A stretch of DNA of 64,000 nucleotides from Antedon mediterranea (lineage: Eukaryota > Animalia > Echinodermata). Position 1 is the stretch's first letter. The number at the start of each line of letters is the position of its first letter. Location of the stretch: positions 4,618,201 to 4,682,200 of the forward strand of contig NC_092679.1 in the NCBI RefSeq assembly GCF_964355755.1, read 5' to 3'. Below the pieces are notes generated by a model. It saw only the letters and a program-made list of their open reading frames with translations, ran no database searches and was not told the DNA's origin. Both the position numbers and the translations under genes were made by a program. Shown in pieces: positions 52,066 through 64,000 of the stretch.

Positions 52066-55000
52066 TCACTCGTTGTATCCTTCATTTAGCAGTTCCTCTT
52101 CCTCACGCGATCCTATAATTACAACATCAACATCATCAAAATAAACTCGTAAGTGAAGATCATGAACTTTCTTTATCAAACTCTAGAAACTCAATAACAA
52201 GTTTAATGTTCGTATGTTACTTTCACAGGTCTTAACACAGAACTTTAGAACCTTTTCATGTAGCTCAATTAAGCACAGTTTGTACGTATGACTTCGTAAT
52301 CAATTTGGGAAAAACAGCATCTAAAAAAACCAGCTATAACAATTTTTATGTCATATTTATTTATTTATTAATATTTATACTGGGCGACCTCTTCAGTCAA
52401 AGACTGGTCTCCCAGAGGGCCCAGTTGAAGATCAGCGGCTGTGATGTACTGGTACACCTTGGTAACCCCCTACTCGTCTCGAAAGATGTACTAGGTTCTT
52501 TAAAGTGCACATGAGCTAGATGTGTACACTGGACCTACGGTTTATAGTCCTTATCCGAGAAGACTTGTTCTACCACCAGAACCATAAAGCGAGTGAGCCT
52601 CGAACCCTTGCCAATGTTATGGCTACGTAATTACGATTCCACTGTGTTAACCGCTCGGTCAATCAAACCAAACATCTAGGTTGTATGTTTGTTAAAGTGA
52701 AACCTATAAATATAAATATAGCCCCGCCTCCTTTAATACACCCCCACCCCCTTTTCAGGAACACCGCTATAAAGGAATACTTTTTAGTGAAGTGAACTAG
52801 AGGCAAACTTACGCGGACACTACTGTACGTTTCCAAAGTTGTACCTTAATAATGGGTTATTTTCTTTATATTCTTATAATATTCAGTAGTACTCTATCAA
52901 GGGGACACATTCAGTCCCTAAAGCTTGGTTCCCACTAGAACGTAACGCAAGGACGTAAACGCAACGCAAGCGTTTTAACCAATGACAAGCGAAGTTATAG
53001 ACAGTTAGCAATCACAAGCGAATAAGCCATCGCTTGTGATTGGTCAATTCACTTGCGTTGCGTCACGTCCTTGTGTTGCGTCGCCAGTGGGAACCACGCT
53101 TTAATAACAGTGTTCTCTGGATAGATGGGGTTCGACTGTATATGGTTCATAGTTTAACCTCAGTGCTTCTAGTCCAATCAGCACTCAATTTCACGATTGA
53201 CTCATCATTTAACCTTTTCATTAGCAACCCCGAGAGGATAAAAAAGTACATTGAATTTATCTGTTTAATAAACAAAACAAATATCAAAATAGATCATAAT
53301 ACTAATAGACTTAATTGAAAGTATTATTAGTTTTATTTTTAGATGTTGCTGCACTAAAAATATATCTAGCCGACTAGAATTCTAATGTCAAAGTGAAATA
53401 CACAATATGGTACAAGGATTTGCAGGCTTGTATGACTCTTAAAAGTATAAATGGATTTAGATGGTATAAAAAATGGCCCTACAATGATGGATAGGTCAAC
53501 ATAGGGTCATCCGATGCAGTTGTTATTTCACAGTTCATGTATGTATGTTTAAAAGTTTCATTTCGGGATTGAAAATCTTAATGCAAAACTGTTAAGGTTT
53601 GTAAAGGTATGCCACATTACAGTATATTAAAACAAACTTTAGTATAAAAAAAAAACCGGTAACATTAAAGGCCCATTTACACTAGGACAATAGCGATCGA
53701 TCTAGGATGAAAAATTAAAGTCTCATTTACACTAGGACAATAGCGATCGATCTAGGATGAAAAATTAAAGGCCCATTTACACTAGGACAATAGCGATCTA
53801 TCTAGGATGAAAAATTAAAGTCCCATTTACACTAGGACAATAGCGATCGATCTAGGATGAAAAATTAAAGGCCCATTTACACAAGGACAATAGCGATCGA
53901 TCTAGGATGAAAAATTAAAGGCCCATTTACACTAGGACAATAGCAATCGATCTAGGATGAAAAATTAAAGGCCCATTTACACTAGGACAATAGCGATCAA
54001 TCTAGGATGAAAAATTAAAGGCCCATTTACACTAGGACAATAGCGATCTATCTAGGATGAAAAATTAAAGTCCCATTTACACTAGGACAATAGCGATCGA
54101 TCTAGGATGAAAAATTAAAGGCCCATTTACACTAGGACAATAGCAATCGATCTAGGATGAAAAATTAAAGGCCCATTTATACTAGGACAATAGCGATCGA
54201 TCTAGGATGAAAAATTAAAGGCCCATTTACACTTGGACAATAGCGATCGATCTATGATGAAAACTTTTCTTTTGGTTTATGTATTTTAATAGAATAATAA
54301 TAGAATTACAGTAATAGAAATAGATTTTATAATTTTTACAAACCAATTTGTATAAATTGCAGAAATACACATATACAATATAAAAGTTAATAATTGACAG
54401 GCCTCAATTATTACCTACTTAATTTAAAAGATAATAATAGAAACATTTATATGTCTGCCTGACGTGGATTAATAATCGTTACGCGGTAATCCCCACACAA
54501 CCAAAAAAACCATCTCACTCGCCCTCGCTAAAGAGCACATCACTTCCCAAAAAGTGCATAGTATTAACCTACGTAGCATGCGGCTGATTTAGTATGACCT
54601 AAACCTTTTCTATCTAAATAACAGTAATCAGATATTCCTATGGGAATACAACTAGGATTATATGACCTAAGCCATGGATAAAAAATCAAAAACAAGTCAT
54701 AGCATTTTAATGCTTTTTTAATGCTTTTTTAATACATTGGTAACAAGTCTCTGATCCATTATGTTACTAACTTTTGTGTTTACTCATTAAAAACAAATAA
54801 ATTTTAACATAGTATAATTTAGAAAAATTTGTTTAAAATTAAAGCCTGAATAATAAAAGTCTCTGAAACAATGCGATAAATTCAAATTACATGCATTCTT
54901 TTGCAAATGACAATCTGATCGGTTACTCGCAAACATCTAGCAGTCATCTACTCCCACTGCTCGCATATAAATGCTAGGTCTTCTCAAAACAGCGCTGTCG

Positions 55001-58000
55001 AAAATGCATAATATTTTTGTTTTCTCTGTGTCCTCGTCATATTAAAGAAAAAAATATTGCATGATTGCAGTGTGTCTATTGCATTCTGTCATGCAAACAA
55101 GATACTCATGTTAGTACAGTAATGTATGCTTCTATTTTTAATACTTACCAGGGTGGTAGCTTGAATAAGCCGCCTTTGCCAGCCCTGTCATGTTGCTATA
55201 CTTCATGGTAGAGTAAAAATGTGACCCTTGACCTTCATCCAACTGATTTGTTCTGTAAAAAAAATCAAATGTATTAGTATTCATTTTGTGACAATAAATA
55301 CACAATTTATAGCATGTTAAATTTGTTGTTTGATGTGAAATGTAAAGGTGATACACAGTGTCGATGTCATTATGAAGCTTTCAATTTTCAAAGTTTTATG
55401 GCAACCTAATTTTCTTCTGGGGAAGGACCCTGTTTCGGTAGAATAATGTACTAATGAAAACCATTTAAATGATGCGTTTACAAGCAGAGGCAGACATAGA
55501 GGGCTATGACCCACTACTTCCATTTGATAGCTTTAAAAAAGGCAAAACAAGTTTTATGGAAGTCTTCAGGGGAAGGATTCTGAAACCTCCTATTCTCCTA
55601 TACCTTTCTTAAAATCCAGGATATTCGGCTGAGAAGGATATAAAATATACTAATAAAAGGATACATAAGGATATACAGTATAGAACAATTTAGTATTGAA
55701 CTAGGGAATGGTCGTAATTTAAGTTAAATCCTTGTCGCACCAATTCAAAATAAACATTTTCAGTTTCATTTATCAATGAAAGAGAATAATATTTATTTTT
55801 AGATCTATTGATGGCTTCTACAATTCTATTGTTTTTACAATTAAATGTAAACTCTTCTAATGACATAGTAAGAATACTATGCTGAACAGACTGTATCAGG
55901 TATAGCAATTACACAGCTATTTGTTTGCTATTATTTGCTATTATTGCTCTATCAGGTATAGCAATACACAGCTATTTGTTTGCTATTATTTGCTATTATT
56001 GCTGTATCAGGTATAGCATTTACACAGCTATTTGTTTGCTATTTATTGCTATGACCAATCCTGCGCCTTAGTAGAGTGGCTGAACAAGGATATGAAACAA
56101 GGATACATACATACGGACCATTGTGTGATAATATGTCATGTCATAGTGCCATGTATCATGCCATGTATCATGCAACTTTTAAAACTGCAATATATACAGT
56201 AAGATCCCCTGAATTTGGGACACTAAAATGAAACGATATAGTAAGTTTTTAACATGGTAAACCTATTTCAGGGCACACAAATAATATCCTGTTTGGAAAG
56301 TTTCATTTACATCACAAGCAAATCACTCAATTTGTCTAGAGAACTTTGCAATAATGGATTGTTTTATAATTTTCACATTTAGTTAGAATACTGTCCCTAA
56401 AGTATTCCAATGTCTATAAAGATATGAAAGGTAGAATATTATATTATAAAATTAGGATATAGGATATAGGATATAGCAACTATTTGTTAGTTGTAAGAGT
56501 ATTGTCATTTATATCATTGTGTAATATTGTGTTTACGGATATTGCAATTTCTTGAATCATATAATAAAAACCAATTCAAAGAAGTAGATGGTATAGTTTT
56601 ACGGTATTTTCAGTTTCGCCTTCATTTTAGGGAATTCTTTATATTTTTAAATCCGACTCTGCAACCAATTTATTTTGTCATGGATTCAAAAACTTTCATT
56701 CATATGACACATCATGATTAAGTTGGTCTTGTCTAACTTTTATATTTTATAATCATCAGTAATGTTCACATGACCAAGTTGATCATGATCAATTCAAATT
56801 AATTATGTTTGTATTCATTTTCTTACAAAGTATATAGCACTGCATGTTCACACAATAAATCATGAGCAAGTTGATCATGATCAACTCAAATTAATTATGT
56901 TTGTATTCATTTTCTTACAAAGTATATAGCACTGCATGTTCACACAATAAATCATGAGCAAGTTGATCATGATCAATTCAAATTAATTATGTTTGTATTC
57001 ATTTTCTTACAAAGTATATAGCACTGCATGTTCACACAATAAATCATGAGCAAGTTGATCATGATCAATTCAAATTAATTATGTTTGTATTCATTTTCTT
57101 ACAAAGTATATAGCACTGCATGTTCACACAATAAATCATGAGCAAGTTGATCATGATCAACTCAAATTAATTATGTTTGTATTCATTTTCTTACAAAGTA
57201 TATAGCACTGCATGGTCACACAATAAATCATGAGCAAGTTGATCATGATCAACTCAAATTAATTATGTTTGTATTCATTTTCTTACAAAGTATATAGCAC
57301 TGCATGTTCACACAATAAATCATGAGCAAGTTGATCATGATCAACTCAAATTAATTATGTTTGTATTCATTTTCTTACAAAGTATATAGCACTGCATGTT
57401 CACACAATAAATCATGAGCAAGTTGATCATGATCAACTCAAATTAATTATGTTTGTATTCATTTTCTTACAAAGTATATAGCACTGCATGTTCACACAAT
57501 AAATCATGAGCAAGTTGATCATGATCAACTCAAATTATTTATGCTCCATCATGTTTCTGTTAAGTTTCTTACAAAGTTTATAACCAGCATTGCATGTTCA
57601 CACAATAAATCATGAGCAAGTTGATCATGATCAAATGTAAATGTATTTTCAGGAACAGAACATAAACCCAGTTCACCATCTGTCATTTTAACATGATTTT
57701 TCCACAATAAAGAAATGGTATTCTATATTTTATGACCTTTGTATTCAATCAAATTTGAATCAGGCCATTAAGTTCAAGAATAGCTTTACTTAACTTTACT
57801 TATCTTCCATAAGTTTGATTGAATCACAACCTCTTGTCATTCTCTGAGGGATTCTGAATTGAAATATTTTCTTCTATTCATTGTTAACAAGATGACATAA
57901 CAGTTGTCAAAGTCACATCAAAATCTTGCCCTGGTATTTTATTTTTTTGTTTGTTATATGGTAAAAGCCACAGTAGTTATATTGTTTTGCACATTCATGC

Positions 58001-59103
58001 CGAGTTAGTGACAAGCAAATGCGTGAATTTTCAAAGAAATTGGAGTAGAGGGAGCTAAACACCCCTCCCCCAGCTTCAACAATTCTAGTCTTTAACTGTA
58101 ACAGCATTAGAGCTTCTGAAAAATATGAGTCTCACACAAATTGCATGAGACTTGGTTGGTTTGTTCGCAGTTGGTTAGAGAGATTGGGTCAATACCTGTA
58201 TGTACATGCTATACACAAGGAATATAGTCCTTTTGGAATAAGCCCACATGCCTCAAATTTGACCCAATTTCATGGACTTACTGTACAGTATGGCAGACAG
58301 CACCACAAAACCAATAATTTTTTCAAACATTCTAGCAGAACCAAATAATCAAACTGGACAGGATTATGTGCAAACAGCTGGTAGATACAATCAACAACAG
58401 ATCCAAAGGGCAGAACATAGTAGGAAGGAAAGATAGAGTTGTACAGGAAATCATAGCAAACGTTTATTAAATGTCCCCACCCTGATTGCTACATGCTAGT
58501 GCATTAAGCTCTGTCTACACTATCAAACTTTGTGACAAAACAATCTGATTTGCCCATATATGAACATGATGATGTCATATCACTACCATATTTGGACATA
58601 TCACTACCATATTTGGGCATATCACTCTAGACCAGATTAACGTCTTCCTCAGATTGTGTATGATATTCATAGTACACAGATATATTATACCCAATATATG
58701 TATGTGTCCATTTCATACTTGTTTAATGTGTTTGTCGTGTCATACTATATGTATTAATGGTTTGATACCCCTCCTCAATTTATGCTAAATTTGGACAAAA
58801 TAGAAAAATTTTCAAACAAATTTTTGCCTCCAGGCACCTAGGGACAATACTACAGAATTATTTATTGTATTTAATATACAGTATAGCATTTTGTACTGCA
58901 AAAGTACATTCACCAGCAATGTACAAAATATGTCATTGCCGATAAAGTTAGTTAAAGTGTTACCTGGACATTCGTTGAGTGCTGACTGGTTTACGGCTGC
59001 CTGCAGATTGAGGAGGGGGCTTAGGTTTGTGACCGTGAGCTATTGAGTTGCGTTGCAGGGCATCTCGTAAAGAGGATGAAACACTAGAATGAGCCTCAGC
59101 AAT
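52066..59103 (-). CDS. C-terminal coding exons of a large gene extending beyond the right edge; tentatively tubulin polyglutamylase TTLL5-like
   Basis: Phase-compatible exons 59103-58964 (IAEAHSSVSSSLRDALQRNSIAHGHKPKPPPQSAGSRKPVSTQRMSR), 55252-55149 (TNQLDEGQGSHFYSTMKYSNMTGLAKAAYSSYHP) and 52112-52066 (GSREEEELLNEGYNE*), all with good splice signals. Identity is inferred only from a PKPPP motif and the tail-to-tail position next to TGF-beta. Confidence 0.6.
52355..52668 (-). mobile_element. tRNA-derived DeuSINE-type copy
   Basis: Reverse complement of the 35273-35595 element with a (TTTA)n tail. Confidence 0.85.
52922..53100. mobile_element. MITE family B copy
   Basis: Near-identical to 6586-6767; TAA/TTA flanks. 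Confidence 0.85.
53664..54263. repeat. 50-bp tandem repeat x12
   Basis: gcccatttacactaggacaatagcgatcgatctaggatgaaaaattaaag. Confidence 0.97.
55890..56052. repeat. ~57-bp tandem repeat x3
   Basis: tatcaggtatagcaattacacagctatttgtttgctattatttgctattattgct. Confidence 0.9.
56763..57633. repeat. 92-bp tandem repeat, ~9 copies
   Basis: Unit includes the palindrome ttgatcatgatcaa; cacaataaatcatgagcaagttgatcatgatcaactcaaattaattatgtttgtattcattttcttacaaagtatatagcactgcatgttca. Confidence 0.97.
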
Positions 59104-59727
59104 CTGTAGAAAAGGAAAATAAAAGAAAAATCAAATCAAAATGTTATTTTGCATTGAATCTAAAAGTTTTACCAAGTTTCAACAATTGTTTAAACAACTT
59201 CAACTATTCCAACACCTTACTACTGTAGTGGTGTGTTAAATCATTCTGATAGTGCTATTTAATCGATTATTCAAAATTTGCCCTACATCCAGGCTATGAA
59301 CGTACTGGTCAAACCCAGGGGCCCCGGAGCTTACGGCGGCCAGTGAGCAGGGCGCAGATGAAAAAAAAGGCATTAAACTATGTGTCGAAAAAGGCTAAAA
59401 ATGCCCAAGACCTCCACAATTGGCTGAAGGGTCCCTAAACAAGAGGCCTCAGGCCTCTGTGTTACGCCACTGCCCTTATCTTCTGCCATGGGTGTAACTA
59501 ATCACACGATAATTCATTCATTAATTAGTTATTTACAAGCAGCAGAAACAGGCCTCTTCATTCATCACTATTACAACAGTTTGCAATTTAAAAAAAAAAA
59601 AAAGAGTTTTAATTTTAACCTTTTGACATTTTCACATTGCCAAATACATGAAGGTATTCTATTGACAGAGGAGTACATTCCTCAGCATCCGAGGTGTGTT
59701 TTATTCATTCAGACAATTGCTGTATAA

Positions 59728-59897
59728 AGCTCTGTCTACACTACTTCATCAAACTTTATGTGACAAAAAATGTGATGTGCCCATATATGGACATGATGAT
59801 GTCATATCACTACTATATTTGTGCATATCACAACCATATTTGGGCAAATCACATTTTTTGTTTTCACATAAAGTTTGATACTTATAGTGTAGACAGT
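59728..59897. mobile_element. MITE family A copy
   Basis: agctctgtctacact ... agtgtagacag. Confidence 0.75.
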
Positions 59898-60881
59898 CAA
59901 GAATTAAACATTGAAAGCCTTGTACAATTAGTTTATATACATTTAAATACTGTTTCATGTTTTGGAATTTAGAAACTCAGACCTTGACAATGTTGGGCTG
60001 ATCTAATATTTTATGTCTGGTTTTCAGAAGGTGTTTTAAGTCTGTTTTCTATAGGTGCATTTTAAGAAAAAAAACTAACAATTTCTGTTTGTGTAACTTT
60101 ATTTGTTCCTAGTGCAGACAATCCTAATAAAATCAGAATAAAAAAGTACATTCATAATGAAATGAAAAAGGTGGTTAAACAGTCCGACCTCTACCAACCA
60201 ACACTCAATCACTGTGCGGTAGCTCGAGACAATGTTTGATTTAAGATATGTTCAGCTTGGGGAATATCAACTGTTAGCTGAACACGCAAAAGTTAACTAT
60301 AAAAACATTTAAAAGATGTGGAAAACATGTAATACGTTGATCATAAATCAACATCAACAAAGGAAAACCGTGTTTGTATGCGCAAGGACTTTAACGGACC
60401 TGAAAACAAAATTTACAGTGGAAACATATGGGTGTGCATGGCCCTCATATAAGGACAGATGCGACAACAATATCATTGCAAAAAAAAAATTCAACAGATA
60501 TTATAATAAGCCATCAGATATAGGTCATACTATCACAAATGTGGGTCATGTAAAATTTAATGGGTCATATAGTGTTAAATGGGTCATGGTAGTATCAGTA
60601 ATAATAAATCCTATTCTCTAACCCTAGGTTTCGATCATGCCTAATAATGCCAAGATACGGTAAACCCACACGTAAATACAAAGAGTTACTGTAGACTCAG
60701 ATGCAATCCTGGTAGGCACTGGCTGGCTGTCAAAGGTTCATAGAGGGCCTAATCCAAATTTCCTCAGTTCCCAGTTAAGCTTGAGGACCAGAATAAATAC
60801 ATTTTACCTTCCTGCAAGGATGCATCCTATATGTATATATAATATATACAAACCATACATGGTTTGTAGATATTATATATA

Positions 60882-61089
60882 CAGCTAGAACTCCTTTCTT
60901 TGGACACTGTTATTCAAGGGACACTGTTATTCAAGGGACACCTCTATATATAATGAAACACTTTTTCATGAAATTCATGAGGGGCAATATATGTTTTAAC
61001 ACTAAATTAGGGACACCACTATTAGGGGACACTTCTATTAGGGGACACTTTTTATGGTCCTCAAGGTGTCCCTTAATAGGGTCCTACTG
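60882..61089. mobile_element. Tc1/mariner-type MITE (CAG...CTG, TA flanks), degenerate
   Basis: tacagctagaactcct...aggggacac repeats...tcctactgta; related fragments at ~3312-3575, ~26129-26265 and ~51600-51730. Confidence 0.55.
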
Positions 61090-61769
61090 TATTGATTTTA
61101 GTCTGTACATCTTTAGTCTACTGTTTATAAACTATATTCATAGTTCTGGTCTAGTCTAAACTTATCTTAATAGTCGATAAACCACAATAATGTTGTACAC
61201 CAGCCACCTTTTAATCACCACAGTTCTTATGAAATTTAAGGAATGTGCAAAAGTACAATGCTCTTCCGTAAGTCCTAAATATACAGCAACATTTAAATTA
61301 ACTTCAATTACACTGTAGTTACCATATACATATAGTAACAACATACCTCTGTAGTTAAAAAAAAGTGTTTTTATTTTGATGAATGTTAAGTGCATATCTT
61401 TTAATGTACAGCCCACGCAAATAACTGAAATCCCATTCGGTTCACTGTAAATCGTCCATATCTGTCTGCAATACAACGATTGACAATGTCATGATTAAAA
61501 AAAACCCCATAGAGTGGTTAAATTCAATATGTTTTAAACTTGCGTTTCTACAAGGTTACGATGCAAATATTAAATCAAGTCTAGATTAGTAGATAGTTAG
61601 TACTTATCTCAAGCAATACAGTACCAGAAATCTATGCTTTATAATTTTATAAATGTTTATACCAACAACCAACCAGAAAAAAAAAAGATTTATTAATCAA
61701 TTTCAGACTGACTGCCTGACCAATCAGAATCAACTTAACTGATTAATCTATTGCCAAACAAACTTATCA

Positions 61770-62480
61770 AACTACTGACCAACCACTACACTAAACAACC
61801 TAACTGGTTAAACTGCTGACCAACCACTACACTAAACAACCTAACTGGTTAAACTGCTGACCAACCACTACACTAAACAACCTAACTGGTTAAACTACTG
61901 ACCAACCACTACACTAAACAACCTAACTGGTTAAACTGCTGACCAACCACTACACTAAACAACCTAACTGGTTAAACTACTGACCAACCACTACACTAAA
62001 AAACCTAACTGGTTAAACTGCTGACCAACCACTACACTAAACAACCTAACTGGTTAAACTGCTGACCAACCACTACACTAAACAACCTAACTGGTTAAAC
62101 TGCTGACCAACCACTACACTAAACAACCTAACTGGTTAAACTGCTGACCAACCACTACACTAAACAACCTAACTGGTTAAACTGCTGACCAACCACTACA
62201 CTAAACAACCTAACTGGTTAAACTGCTGACCAACCACTACACTAAACAACCTAACTGGTTAAACTGCTGACCAACCACTACACTAAACAACCTAACTGGT
62301 TAAACTGCTGACCAACCACTACACTAAACAACCTAACTGGTTAAACTGCTGACCAACCACTACACTAAACAACCTAACTGGTTAAACTGCTGACCAACCA
62401 CTACACTAAACAACCTAACTTATCAAACTACTGACCAACCACTACACTAAACAACCTAACTGGTTAAACTACTGACCAAT
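61770..62480. repeat. 41-bp tandem repeat, ~17 copies
   Basis: actgctgaccaaccactacactaaacaacctaactggttaa. Confidence 0.97.
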
Positions 62481-64000
62481 ACAAACAACTTTAACTGATG
62501 ATCAATTACGGTTTTAGTCAATCACTAAATAAACAAACTAACTGCTAATCAATAATAAAACAACCATAAAAAACCCCCTGAAATGTAATATACTAACAAA
62601 ACAAATTAAACCATGGAGGAAATATAGAATTAAACCAACCAATAACAAATCCAACCGAAAAATGGTTGAATCAAACAAGCAATCAACTGACCAATCAAAA
62701 AACAGAACCATCCAACCAACAACCCACTTATGAACCAACTAAACACCATACGGTACATACAAAATATATAACTACCATTGATCGAATGTCAACTTGTTTT
62801 CTAGGAAGGCAGGTGGTATCAATTATACCTCCTTAAGATATATTGAACATGAAACAACTCTGTCTGGCTGCCAACTCTGATACACTAAACTGTAAATCAA
62901 ACCTTTTTGCAAGGAATTTAAAAGGACTGCCACAAACTGGCTACCTGAATGTCCTAAGTTGCTTCTACTTTCATTTAAAGTCAAGTGGATGCAGACAGCA
63001 TGGTATTTCCATCATGCTGCAGCAGGCATATGGAGTTTATCTACAATTCGGTTTTAATACTCTCCAATAATAATAATATCTAAATATAAAGTGCTGTACT
63101 GCGGGCTAGTGGAGTTTCTTTGTGCTTAGTGGCCTAGTTGTGTTTGCTGGGCTAGTGAAAGGGATACTCAACAGGCAAGATCAACACTAAAGCGATATAT
63201 GTTTTTTGGACTAGTAAAATAACTTGAGGGCTTGAAGCACTAGCCTGGTTTAATATAAATTAAATAAATTAAAAGCAGTATCTTAATTAACAATACAGTA
63301 ACAACACAAAATAATTAATAATAACAATCAATTTTGATAATTTTCTAAACCATGTCCAATTGGCCAATATAAATCACATGACTCATAATTAAACCAACCA
63401 ATCACTGACCACAATATAGTATCATAAACAATTTTTAAAATACTGTATACTTTTCTTTACAAAATAATCTTAATTTTAATAGGCCAATATCGATCACCTG
63501 ATTTACAATTACACCAACCAATCACTGACCACAACAATAAGTACTGAAAAGGTTACATCATAAAAATACACACAGTTTGGAACACAACTAAATAAGGCAT
63601 GTTTTTCTAAATATAGTAAGGCAGGCACTGTTCTGCATATGGAAGTTAATCCGTAATCACGTCAATGGGAATATGTATGACATCAAAATCACTTTCCTCT
63701 GGGAATGAATTAGTAAACCGCGATAGGTTATCAACAATTTATATCTACTCTCATTTTCATCAAGTTTTACAGTTGTGATCATGCTCTTTACTATTATACT
63801 TTGTTGTGACAAATATTTAAATTTAAAAAAAAATGTATTCAATAATAATAAATACAATTTGCTTATAATTTCTTATTATTTTGAAAGATTGAAATAATAC
63901 AAAGGTTATGAAAAGAACCCAGTACTGTACATAACATTCTAGTATTGGAAATTGACTATTTCGGTGTTCAGGGCCAGTATCCATTTTGTGGGGAAAAAGT

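Noticed and set aside
60805-60832. Possible micro-exon on the - strand (ag GATGCATCCTTGCAGGAAG gt)
   Set aside because: Weak acceptor context and no way to verify phase or homology

Overview
AT-rich, intron-containing animal genomic DNA, most likely an invertebrate deuterostome such as an echinoderm. That is inferred from DeuSINE-type repeats, a TGF-beta sensu stricto gene and vertebrate-like RAD51B exon sizes; it is not proven. Hand-assembled spliced genes in order: (1) 5' part of RAD51B (-). (2) An 11-coding-exon gene (+, ~991 aa) for a secreted protein fusing a C-type lectin domain and two EGF domains to a complete arthropod-type hemocyanin/prophenoloxidase module that keeps all six copper histidines. 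This is the most unusual item. (3) A 4-exon gene (-) with two zinc knuckles, an HTH-like segment and a Gln-rich tandem repeat. (4) RRP15 (+). (5) TGF-beta (+) with an RGD in the prodomain. (6) The 3' exons of a convergent gene (-), tentatively TTLL5. The order RAD51B...RRP15-TGFbeta-(TTLL5) resembles a merge of the human TGFB2 and TGFB3 neighbourhoods. Three Mutator/Foldback-type insertions with 9-10 bp target duplications are present: a 2.5-kb palindrome of hairpin repeats in a bidirectional promoter, a deleted PHD-FLYWCH MULE in RRP15 intron 1, and a ~1-kb foldback. There are also DeuSINEs, several MITE families, LINE remnants and minisatellites. No prokaryotic features or true CRISPR array were found. 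All coordinates were read by eye.
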